Sequence record: SRR20825019_54
Direction: 5' to 3' (one strand)
DNA: 41,968 nt
Both the position numbers and the translations under genes were made by a program. Each line of letters begins with the position of its first letter. The first letter of the stretch is position 1. The notes under the pieces are model-generated. The model worked only from the letters and a program-made list of their open reading frames with translations, was not told where the DNA came from and searched no databases. Shown piece after piece: positions 1-7,651 of this stretch.

Positions 1-839
1 ACCAAAGCTCCACTTTCTACATGTCTAAAGCCCATTTCCAGTCCTAATTCCTCATATTTTTTAAATTGTTCCGGAAGGATAAATTGTTTTACCGGGAGGT
101 GTTTTTTTGAAGGCTGGAGGTACTGCCCAATAGTGATAACATCCACATTCGCTTTTCGTAGGTCTTCCATAGTGGCGATAACTTCGCTCTCTTCTTCGCC
201 CAAGCCCAACATGATGCCCGATTTGGTCCTGTTTGCTCCGTTTTTCTTTAGATAGTCCAATACTTCCAGACTTCTTTCGTACTTGGCTTGTATTCTAACC
301 TCTCGTGTCAGCCTCTTTACGGTTTCCATGTTATGGGAAATCACTTCAGGGGCTACGTTCAATATTCTGTCCAAATGGTTGGGGATTCCTTGGAAATCAG
401 GAATCAATGTTTCCATTGTTGTTTCTGGATTCATGCGCCTTACGGCTTTTACCGTTTCTGCCCAGATAATGGACCCCATATCTTTTAGGTCGTCACGGTC
501 CACAGAGGTGAGCACGGCATGTTTAATGTTCATGATCTTTATGGAGCGGGCCACTTTTTCCGGCTCCGCCCAATCCACAGTTTCCGGGCGTCCTGTTTTT
601 ACACCACAGAACCCACAGGAACGGGTGCAGATATTTCCCAAAATCATGAATGTAGCGGTACCTTCGCCCCAACATTCACCCATGTTTGGGCAGCTGCCGG
701 AGGTGCAAATGGTATGTAGATCGTACTTGTCCACAAGCCCCCTGAGCTGGGTGTATTTTTTGCCCGTTGGAAGCTTAACCCTTAGCCACTTTGGCTTTCC
801 TTTGGGTGGTATTACGTTTTCTGCTACGCTTGTGCTCAT
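1..839 (-). CDS. lipA: Lipoyl synthase (3' end runs off the left edge)
   Basis: Manual minus-strand translation from ATG at 839: [24 protein letters not shown]...[15 protein letters not shown]...[11 protein letters not shown]...[13 protein letters not shown]; LipA CX4CX5C and radical-SAM CX3CX2C motifs. Absent from the ORF track because it is truncated. Confidence 0.96.
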   Translation of the reverse strand, partial: MSTSVAENVIPPKGKPKWLRVKLPTGKKYTQLRGLVDKYDLHTICTSGSCPNMGECWGEGTATFMILGNICTRSCGFCGVKTGRPETVDWAEPEKVARSIKIMNIKHAVLTSVDRDDLKDMGSIIWAETVKAVRRMNPETTMETLIPDFQGIPNHLDRILNVAPEVISHNMETVKRLTREVRIQAKYERSLEVLDYLKKNGANRTKSGIMLGLGEEESEVIATMEDLRKANVDVITIGQYLQPSKKHLPVKQFILPEQFKKYEELGLEMGFRHVESGAL

Positions 840-857
840 AGAACAAATTTAGAAGTA

Positions 858-865
858 CAAAGATA
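858..865 (-). promoter_or_regulatory. Bacteroidetes -7 promoter element (TATCTTTG) for lipA
   Basis: CAAAGATA on + = TAnnTTTG on -, 18 nt upstream of the lipA ATG. Confidence 0.6.
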
Positions 866-901
866 CGAAACTGGGAAAGAAACTGTGTGACTTGGAAGGA
901 G

Positions 902-1462
902 TCACTTTTTTTTGATGATTTCTGCCAAAAGTTTTTTGGCGCGGAGCAATTTCACCTTTATGTTATTGACGGGCTCATTGAGTTCTTTGGCTATGTCGGC
1001 ATAGCTCATTTCTTGAAAATAGCGCAGGTTGATCACTTTCTGATAGTGGGGTTTCATCTTTTTGATATCCTGCAAGAGGTTGGCCAGATTTTGTTCCGTA
1101 ATCAAACGGTCCTCTACCGTGGGAGTTTCGTCCAAAACTTTTTTTACCTCGTCTGCGCGGGATTCCATTTCGTTCATTAGACTTCTTTTGCGTTTTCTGA
1201 GAAGGTCTACATGAAGGTTTTTGGATATGGTGATGAGCCAAGTTTTGAACTCATAGTTTTCGTCGTAGGTATCGATTTTATCGAATGCTTTGGAAAAAGT
1301 CCTTATGGTAATGTCCTCGGCATCGTTTTCATTTTTGGTGCGAAGCATTTGAAAACCGTACACATCGTTCCAAAAAGTGTCAACGAGGTTACTAAAGGCA
1401 ATTTGGTTTCCCTCTTTTGCCCTTTGTATAATCTCCTTGATGGAATCGTCGGTTTTTTCCAA
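902..1462 (-). CDS. ECF-type RNA polymerase sigma-70 factor
   Basis: Region 2 (DAEDITIRTFSKAF...FKTWLITISKN) and region 4 (LRYFQEMSYADIAKELNEPVNNIKVKLLRAKKLL); TTG start. Confidence 0.9.
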   Translation of the reverse strand: MEKTDDSIKEIIQRAKEGNQIAFSNLVDTFWNDVYGFQMLRTKNENDAEDITIRTFSKAFDKIDTYDENYEFKTWLITISKNLHVDLLRKRKRSLMNEMESRADEVKKVLDETPTVEDRLITEQNLANLLQDIKKMKPHYQKVINLRYFQEMSYADIAKELNEPVNNIKVKLLRAKKLLAEIIKKK

Positions 1463-1489
1463 ATAATAAGGCTTGCCTAAAAATTAATT

Positions 1490-1699
1490 TTATTGGGTAT
1501 TTGTAACGTTATCTTTCTTGCAATCTTGTTCTTCCGGTAGTTTTCCGCAAAAACCACAAGCTTCCCCGTCCTTGTTCAAAAAGGGACTTTGACTTGCACA
1601 TGTTCCGGCAAACTCACCATTCTTTTTCCCCCAGATTTTGATGGCGATTCCTGCAAATGCAAGTGCTAACAATCCAATGGTGACCAATACTAACTTCAT
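1490..1699 (-). CDS. Small membrane-anchored Cys-rich protein (NqrM/DUF539-like architecture)
   Basis: MKLVLVTIGLLALAFAGIAIKIW transmembrane segment, then GTC...CGFC...C; ATG at 1699 preferred over the upstream ORF start at 1708. Confidence 0.75.
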   Translation of the reverse strand: MKLVLVTIGLLALAFAGIAIKIWGKKNGEFAGTCASQSPFLNKDGEACGFCGKLPEEQDCKKDNVTNTQ

Positions 1700-1716
1700 A
1701 AAATCCAACTTTTGTA

Positions 1717-1724
1717 CAAAGGTA
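1717..1724 (-). promoter_or_regulatory. -7 promoter element (TACCTTTG)
   Basis: CAAAGGTA on +, 17 nt upstream of the ATG at 1699. Confidence 0.55.
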
Positions 1725-1783
1725 CAAAATACCTTGTTAAAGGTCGGAATGTTTAAGGTTTCTTTACCGTAAAACCTATTTTA

Positions 1784-2542
1784 TTAGTAATTGATATTGG
1801 CTACGATATTGTCTACAGATGGAATATTGTTTCCGCCCTTTGGTTCAATGGTGATATATCCCACAGCATTGTCAGCGTAGGGTAGGGCAAGAAGTTTGTC
1901 TTTTTCATCAAAATCTTTGATTACACCCAGGTTTACCAATTCTCCATTGACCTCTGCCCACATTTGGAAGCATTTGTCTTCGGGAAGTTCCGGAACGTTG
2001 CTCACATTGATGTACGACAGTTTTTTAACAGGGTTTATGTATGCAATGGCCTTGAGTTCCTTTGCCTCACGTTCACCTCTTACCTGATATTTTTTGGTAG
2101 CAGGATTGTTAAGAACGATGAACTGGTTTCTCATGTCGGCCAATTGGTCCTTCATGTTATCCTCCAAATACTTGATTTGGTTGGTTACGAGGGTATTTTC
2201 TTCCTGTAATGTTTTGTTCTGGTTCCAAAAGAAAAGGGAGGAGCCGGCGAAAATCATGATGGCGATACTGGCGGCAACGGCATATCTCATATATCTTTTG
2301 CTTACCATGGTTTCTTTTCGTGCACTGGCAATTATAATGTCCTTTAAGCCTTCTGGAGTTTTTTTGGCATACATATTGGCAAAAGTCTCCAAGTTTTTCT
2401 GGAGCACTTCATAGGTCTCCCGCACTTCGGGGTACATGGCAATATATCTTTCCGCTTTTTGGGATTCTTCCTTGGTGGTGTCTCCTAAAAGGTATTTCTC
2501 TAAAATGTCGGACTCTAAAAATATTTTTACTTTTTCTTTCAT
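1784..2542 (-). CDS. Anti-sigma factor, RskA-like
   Basis: N-terminal LEKYLLG domain, TM helix (YAVAASIAIMIFAGSSLFFW), coiled coil, C-terminal LPEDKCFQMWA...ITIEPKGG..PS motif; ATGA overlap with the upstream ECF gene. Confidence 0.85.
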   Translation of the reverse strand: MKEKVKIFLESDILEKYLLGDTTKEESQKAERYIAMYPEVRETYEVLQKNLETFANMYAKKTPEGLKDIIIASARKETMVSKRYMRYAVAASIAIMIFAGSSLFFWNQNKTLQEENTLVTNQIKYLEDNMKDQLADMRNQFIVLNNPATKKYQVRGEREAKELKAIAYINPVKKLSYINVSNVPELPEDKCFQMWAEVNGELVNLGVIKDFDEKDKLLALPYADNAVGYITIEPKGGNNIPSVDNIVANINY

Positions 2543-3105
2543 GACAACAAATTTAAGATTAAGAGCAGGGACATTGTTGTTCCGTAAATCTTTCCAAGTT
2601 CCCTAAGTCCTATTTTTAACCGGGATTTTATGGTTCCCAAAGGAATGTCCAATTCATCACTTGCCTCCTGCTGCGTCATTCCTTCAAAAAATAGGGCCTC
2701 TAAAACAATTCTGTACTTATCTTCGATTTTGTCCAAGTTTTCTTGGATGTCCAGATGTTCCGGGTTAATGGCCTTGACTCCAAGATTATATACGTCTGAA
2801 ACGTCGATTTGGATTTCTTTATCCGATTTATTATTGACGCTACGCAATTTATCTATGGCAGTATTCCTAACAATCCTGAACAACCATGTAAAAAGTTTTG
2901 CCTTGGAAGCATCGTAGGTGTCGGCTTTTTTCCAGATTTTGATAAAACTTTCCTGTAGCACATCTTGGGCCAAATCCTCATCTTTTACCACCTTAAAGGC
3001 AACCCCGAAGAGCGTATCCCCATAATTTTCATAAAGTAGGGAAATAGCTTTGTCGTCTTTTTCCTCAAGGAGTGAAACAATATGTCTCTCTATCAATGTG
3101 CTCAT
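2539..3105 (-). CDS. ECF-type RNA polymerase sigma-70 factor (SigK-like), cognate to the downstream anti-sigma
   Basis: AQDVLQESFIKIW...LFTWLFRIVRNTAID; GMTQQEASDELDIPLGTIKSRLK. Confidence 0.92.
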   Translation of the reverse strand: MSTLIERHIVSLLEEKDDKAISLLYENYGDTLFGVAFKVVKDEDLAQDVLQESFIKIWKKADTYDASKAKLFTWLFRIVRNTAIDKLRSVNNKSDKEIQIDVSDVYNLGVKAINPEHLDIQENLDKIEDKYRIVLEALFFEGMTQQEASDELDIPLGTIKSRLKIGLRELGKIYGTTMSLLLILNLLS

Positions 3106-3173
3106 TAATGATGCTTTTGGTAAAATTTTTTATGGGACCAAAATCTAAAATAGGATTTATCTCGTATATAAAA

Positions 3174-3181
3174 CAAAGCTA
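3174..3181 (-). promoter_or_regulatory. -7 promoter element (TAGCTTTG) for the ECF/anti-sigma operon
   Basis: CAAAGCTA on +; abuts a 25-bp near-perfect palindrome at 3181-3205. Confidence 0.5.
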
Positions 3182-3279
3182 AGACAGAAAAAGCTTTTTT
3201 GTCTTGTGAATTTTGAATAGAAATAAGGGGCTTCAAAGCCCTGACGACATACATAAATTTGGTTAGTTTGGTTTGGTAT

Positions 3280-3320
3280 AACCCTCGTTATTGACTTCAA
3301 TGCGGGGGTTATTTTATTAT
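3280..3320 (+). terminator. Hairpin with a T-rich tail, oriented as a plus-strand intrinsic terminator
   Basis: AACCCTCGTTATTGA-CT-TCAATGCGGGGGTT followed by ATTTTATT; overlaps the murB stop codon. Confidence 0.5.
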
Positions 3321-4325
3321 GTTCACTTCTGGTTGAATCTTTATCTTGAAGGTTTTTTGCACTTCGTCTTGAATTTTTTTGCTTAGGTCAAGAATCTCTT
3401 TACCCGTGGCACTTCCGTGGTTAACCAAAACAAGGGCCTGTTTTTCGTGCACACCTGCGTCACCAAAGCGTTTTCCCTTAAAACCACATTGCTCTACCAA
3501 CCAACCGGCGGGAATCTTAAATTGATTATCGTCCATTTCATAAAAAGGCGCATTGGGGTATTTTTTGATGAACTTATCAAACGCTTTTTGAGAAATCACG
3601 GGATTTTTAAAAAAGCTTCCGCTATTGCCTATTTCCTTAGGGTTGGGCAGTTTGCTTCTGCGTATGGCAATGACGGCGTCGGAAATATCCCTGATTGTCG
3701 GATGTACAATGCCCTTCTCCTTCAATTCGTTCTCAATGGAACCATAGCCTGTGTGAAGCACATGGTCTTTCTTGGTCAACTTGAGTACTATCGAAGTGAT
3801 GATGTATTTATCCTTTGCTCTGTTCTTGAAAATGGATTCCCTGTACCCGAACTCGCATGCTTCGTTATCAAAACCCTCTAGCTCCCCGGTTTTGACGTCC
3901 ATGGCTGCGCAACTCACAAAAACATCCTTTAGTTCAACTCCATAAGCACCAATATTTTGGATGGGTGCCGTGCCAACGTTGCCCGGGATGAGCGAAAGAT
4001 TCTCGAGTCCGCCAAATCCTTGTTCCAGACTCCACATAACAAGTTCGTGCCAATTCTCACCGGCCATTGCCTTCACCTCTACAAAATTCTCGTTTTCTTC
4101 AACAATGGAGATGCCCTTTAGTTTTAGGTGTACCACCAAAGCATCTATATCTTTGGTAAGTAGCATGTTGCTTCCTCCGCTGATGATGAACTTTTTGGGA
4201 TATGCTTTGAGCTCCAGTACTTTTTGAAGCTGGACAAGACCTGTTATTTCAACAAAGAACCGTGCCTTAACGTCAATGCCGAAGGTATTATAGTTTTTTA
4301 AGGATATGTTTTCCTGTATGTTCAC
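3309..4325 (-). CDS. murB: UDP-N-acetylenolpyruvoylglucosamine reductase
   Basis: NTFGI, GGSNML, LENLSLIPGNVGTAPIQNIGAYG, GNSGSFFKNP, HEKQALVLVN, EVN motifs. Confidence 0.97.
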   Translation of the reverse strand: MNIQENISLKNYNTFGIDVKARFFVEITGLVQLQKVLELKAYPKKFIISGGSNMLLTKDIDALVVHLKLKGISIVEENENFVEVKAMAGENWHELVMWSLEQGFGGLENLSLIPGNVGTAPIQNIGAYGVELKDVFVSCAAMDVKTGELEGFDNEACEFGYRESIFKNRAKDKYIITSIVLKLTKKDHVLHTGYGSIENELKEKGIVHPTIRDISDAVIAIRRSKLPNPKEIGNSGSFFKNPVISQKAFDKFIKKYPNAPFYEMDDNQFKIPAGWLVEQCGFKGKRFGDAGVHEKQALVLVNHGSATGKEILDLSKKIQDEVQKTFKIKIQPEVNIIK

Positions 4326-5515
4326 TGGGCGTTGTACTCTCTTAAAGCCTTACCTAAAATATGGACTGCCTTTACAAGTTGCTCTTTTTTCAGCACATAG
4401 GCAATTCTAATCTGATTTTTTCCCAAGCCAGGTGTTGCATAAAAACCGGCAGCGGGAGCTACCATCACCGTATTTCCTTCTACCTCAAAACTTTCCAACA
4501 ACCATTGCGCAAAATGGTCCGCATTCTCAATGGGAAGCTCGACAACACAATAAAAGGCACCTTGTGGGGTAGCAACCTTTACACCTTCCAATTTATTGAG
4601 CTCGGTAATCAAAAGGTTTCTTCGGGAAACATATTCGTCGATTACATCATCAAAATAGGATTGTGGAGTTTCCAAAGCGGCCTCGCTGGCAATTTGGGCA
4701 AAGGTTGGGGGTGACAATCTCGCTTGCGCAAATTTTAGTGCAGTACCAATAACTTCTTTGTTTTTTGAAATCATACAACCGATACGGGCGCCGCACATGC
4801 TGTACCTTTTGGATACGGAATCAACCACAATGGCATACTCTTCCAATCCCTCGACCTGAAGAATTGAATAGTGTTCCCTGCCGTCATAAGTAAATTCGCG
4901 GTATACCTCATCGGCCACTAGGAAAAGATTGTACTTTTTGACCAAATCCGCCAACTGATGAATTTCTTCCCTACTATAAAGGTATCCCGTTGGGTTTCCA
5001 GGGTTACAAATTAGAATGGCCTTCGTTTTTGGAGTGATAAGGTCTTCAAACTTGGAAATGGGGGGAAGTGCAAAGTTATTTTCAATAGATGAAGCAATGG
5101 GTTTTACCTTAACACCTGCAGCTGTGGCAAAGCCATTGTAATTTGCATAAAATGGTTCGGGTATGATAATTTCATCATCATTGTCCATAATGGTTCCCAA
5201 GGTAAAGGACAATGCCTCGGAACCGCCCGTGGTCACTATAATATCTTCAGCATCAACAAAAATATCCTGTTTTGCATAGTAATCCGAAATTTTTTTACGG
5301 TACTCCTCAGAACCTTGGGTCATGCTGTACTCAAGAACCTCAATGGTGTGGTTGCGAACCGCATCCAAAGCCACTTTTGGGGTTTTAATATCGGGTTGTC
5401 CAATATTTAGGTGGATTACATGGGTTCCTCGTTTTTTGGCAGCCTCTGCGTAGGGCACCAATTTTCGGATGGGTGATGCGGGCATTTGAGTCCCTTTCTT
5501 TGAAATGCTTGGCAT
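4322..5515 (-). CDS. PLP-dependent aminotransferase class I/II (aspartate aminotransferase family)
   Basis: LNIGQPD, NPGNPTG, DEVY, SVSKRYSMCGARIG (PLP lysine). Confidence 0.92.
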   Translation of the reverse strand: MPSISKKGTQMPASPIRKLVPYAEAAKKRGTHVIHLNIGQPDIKTPKVALDAVRNHTIEVLEYSMTQGSEEYRKKISDYYAKQDIFVDAEDIIVTTGGSEALSFTLGTIMDNDDEIIIPEPFYANYNGFATAAGVKVKPIASSIENNFALPPISKFEDLITPKTKAILICNPGNPTGYLYSREEIHQLADLVKKYNLFLVADEVYREFTYDGREHYSILQVEGLEEYAIVVDSVSKRYSMCGARIGCMISKNKEVIGTALKFAQARLSPPTFAQIASEAALETPQSYFDDVIDEYVSRRNLLITELNKLEGVKVATPQGAFYCVVELPIENADHFAQWLLESFEVEGNTVMVAPAAGFYATPGLGKNQIRIAYVLKKEQLVKAVHILGKALREYNAQ

Positions 5516-5662
5516 GAACTAAAGTTTTGGCAAAAATGAGAAAACCTAATATCGAAAACAACAAGATTGAACATAAATTAATTGTTATTGGAAATGTTAA
5601 AATATGATAGAGTTAAAACCTTATTTTGTATATTTCTTAGTGAAGAGGTGATTATTTTATGT

Positions 5663-7006
5663 ATGTTGATGAGAAAGGGTTTTATTTTTATACTTCTTTT
5701 AATTGTGCCAATGATTATTTTGGCGCAGGGTTTTGAATTGCCCAAGGATAAGAAATTCCAGCGAATCAACTTTGAACTCATAAATAACCTCATCATCATT
5801 CCTGTGGAGATTAACGGGGTTGAACTGACCTTTATACTCGATTCCGGTGTAAGCAAACCTATTCTTTTCAATCTGTCAGAATCAGATTCCATACCCATCA
5901 ACAATGTTTCAGAAGTCACCATACGTGGTCTGGGAGATGGTAAGCCTATGAAAGCCCTGAGTTCCAAAAGGAATATATTTAGGTTGGGCCAAGCGATAAA
6001 TTTTGCCCAAGATCTATATGTGGTGATGGATCGTGGAATCGATTTTTCAACAACATTGGGAATTCCCGTGCATGGCATAATGGGCTATGACCTATTCCGT
6101 GATTTTATTGTTGAAGTGAACTATAGCGCTGGAAAACTGAAACTGCACAATCCCGAACTTTACACATATAAGGAGAGGAGAAACAGACAAACCATTCCTT
6201 TGTTGGTAGAAAAAAGAAAAGCTTATGTTGAGGGAACGGTATTGATGAAGGATACAGCCAATATTAATGTGAAGTTACTTGTGGATACGGGCAGTAGCGA
6301 TGCACTTTGGTTGTTTCCAGAACCGGAAAAGGGATTGGAAATACCCGAAAAAAATTATGAGGACCATCTGGGAAGAGGGTTGAGCGGCGATATTTTTGGA
6401 AAACGGAGTAAAATCAATGGAGTCCAGATAGGTGATTTTAAACTGGATGAGGCCAAGGTAGCTTTTCCTTATAGAGAGTCTTTTCAGGGGATTGATAGCT
6501 TGAATGGCCGAAACGGTAGTTTGGGGGGAGAGGTGCTCAAACGTTTCAACATGGTTTTTGATTATGGCAGAGGTCTGGTCACCCTAAAAAAGAACGGTAA
6601 TTTTAATGAACCCTTTCAGTATAACTTGGCAGGAATCGATTTGCAACACAATGGCTTAAGATACATTGCAGAGAGTATTGCGGATGTTAATGGGCTTGTC
6701 AAGGAAGACAATGGCGATACGTTTGGTAACGTTCAAATTTTGTTGGAGAACAAGACCAGGTTGAGTTTGGTCCCAGAAATTGTGGTGTCCGGTATCCGTG
6801 CCGGTAGTCCTGCTGCAGAGGCTGGTTTACGTGAAGGAGACGTTATATTGGCCGTAAACGGGAAAAAGGTCCACAAATACAAACTTCAGGAAATTCTTAA
6901 AATGATAAACGAACGTGAAGGAAAGCGGATAAAAGTGCTTATAGAAAGATATAATACAGACCTGCTTTTCACCTTTGTCCTTAAAAAGATGTTCGACGAC
7001 GATTAA
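5663..7006 (+). CDS. Secreted aspartyl protease with two retropepsin-like domains and a C-terminal PDZ domain
   Basis: Signal peptide (MRKGFIFILLLIVPMIILAQ), ILDSG and LVDTGS motifs, PDZ (GSPAAEAGLREGDVILAVNG); start at 5663 or 5669 rather than 5582. Confidence 0.85.
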   Translation: MLMRKGFIFILLLIVPMIILAQGFELPKDKKFQRINFELINNLIIIPVEINGVELTFILDSGVSKPILFNLSESDSIPINNVSEVTIRGLGDGKPMKALSSKRNIFRLGQAINFAQDLYVVMDRGIDFSTTLGIPVHGIMGYDLFRDFIVEVNYSAGKLKLHNPELYTYKERRNRQTIPLLVEKRKAYVEGTVLMKDTANINVKLLVDTGSSDALWLFPEPEKGLEIPEKNYEDHLGRGLSGDIFGKRSKINGVQIGDFKLDEAKVAFPYRESFQGIDSLNGRNGSLGGEVLKRFNMVFDYGRGLVTLKKNGNFNEPFQYNLAGIDLQHNGLRYIAESIADVNGLVKEDNGDTFGNVQILLENKTRLSLVPEIVVSGIRAGSPAAEAGLREGDVILAVNGKKVHKYKLQEILKMINEREGKRIKVLIERYNTDLLFTFVLKKMFDDD

Positions 7007-7010
7007 AAGA

Positions 7011-7042
7011 AAGGCCCCAAAATCAATTGATTTTAGGGCCTT
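7011..7042. terminator. Palindrome between convergent genes, probable terminator
   Basis: AAGGCCC-C-AAAATCAA/TTGATTTT-A-GGGCCTT, one mismatch; T-rich tail on the minus strand. Confidence 0.7.
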
Positions 7043-7067
7043 CAAAAAAATAATTCTCTTCTTCTTC

Positions 7068-7454
7068 TTACTTTGCTCCAGGATTTTTAACGGTACCCTT
7101 GATTTTGAGTACTTTCGTTGGAGTGTCAGCATTTGAGGTTACAGTAATGGCCTTTCTGATAGGGCCAACTCTGTTTGTGTCATATTTTACTTCGATTTTA
7201 CCAACTTTTCCAGGCATAATCGGTTCTTCTGGTTTTTTAGGAATAGTACATCCACAGCTAGATTTAACACTACTGATTACCAAAGGAGCATCACCTGTAT
7301 TGGTAAATTCAAATATACGAATACCATCGCTACCTCTTTCAATTTCTCCGTAATCAATGGTCTCGCTCTTAAATTCGATTTTAGCGGTTTCTTGAGCGTA
7401 TACCCCTAAGGATAAAAGCCCTATAAACAGCATCAGTACAGTTTTTTTCATCAT
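7068..7454 (-). CDS. DUF1573 domain secreted protein
   Basis: Signal peptide; FEFTNTGDAPLVISSVKSSCGCT motif; start MMKK at 7454/7451, supported by TACATTTG at 7476-7483. Confidence 0.88.
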   Translation of the reverse strand: MMKKTVLMLFIGLLSLGVYAQETAKIEFKSETIDYGEIERGSDGIRIFEFTNTGDAPLVISSVKSSCGCTIPKKPEEPIMPGKVGKIEVKYDTNRVGPIRKAITVTSNADTPTKVLKIKGTVKNPGAK

Positions 7455-7534
7455 TTTTGGTTTTTGGGTGAATTTCAAATGTAGATGTTTTGATACCTGC
7501 ATCCAAAATTCTTTTGTTATAGAATAACGTTACT

Positions 7535-7542
7535 TATTTTTG
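7535..7542 (+). promoter_or_regulatory. -7 promoter element (TATTTTTG) for valS
   Basis: Exact TAnnTTTG match about 110 nt upstream of the valS ATG. Confidence 0.45.
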
Positions 7543-7651
7543 TTTCGTATTTCTGAATTGGTCCTAAGCTGAAGAATAGCGTAAAATTAACATTTTGCTT
7601 TCCTTTCAAAAAAACCAATCACAGTCTTATTAACAAAAACTATACCGAAAA

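Noticed and set aside
283-852. 189-aa plus-strand ORF
   Set aside because: Antisense shadow of lipA, which has clear motifs on the minus strand.
7543-7651. T-box or other structured leader before valS
   Set aside because: No T-box motif or convincing terminator/antiterminator; T-boxes are not typical of Bacteroidetes.
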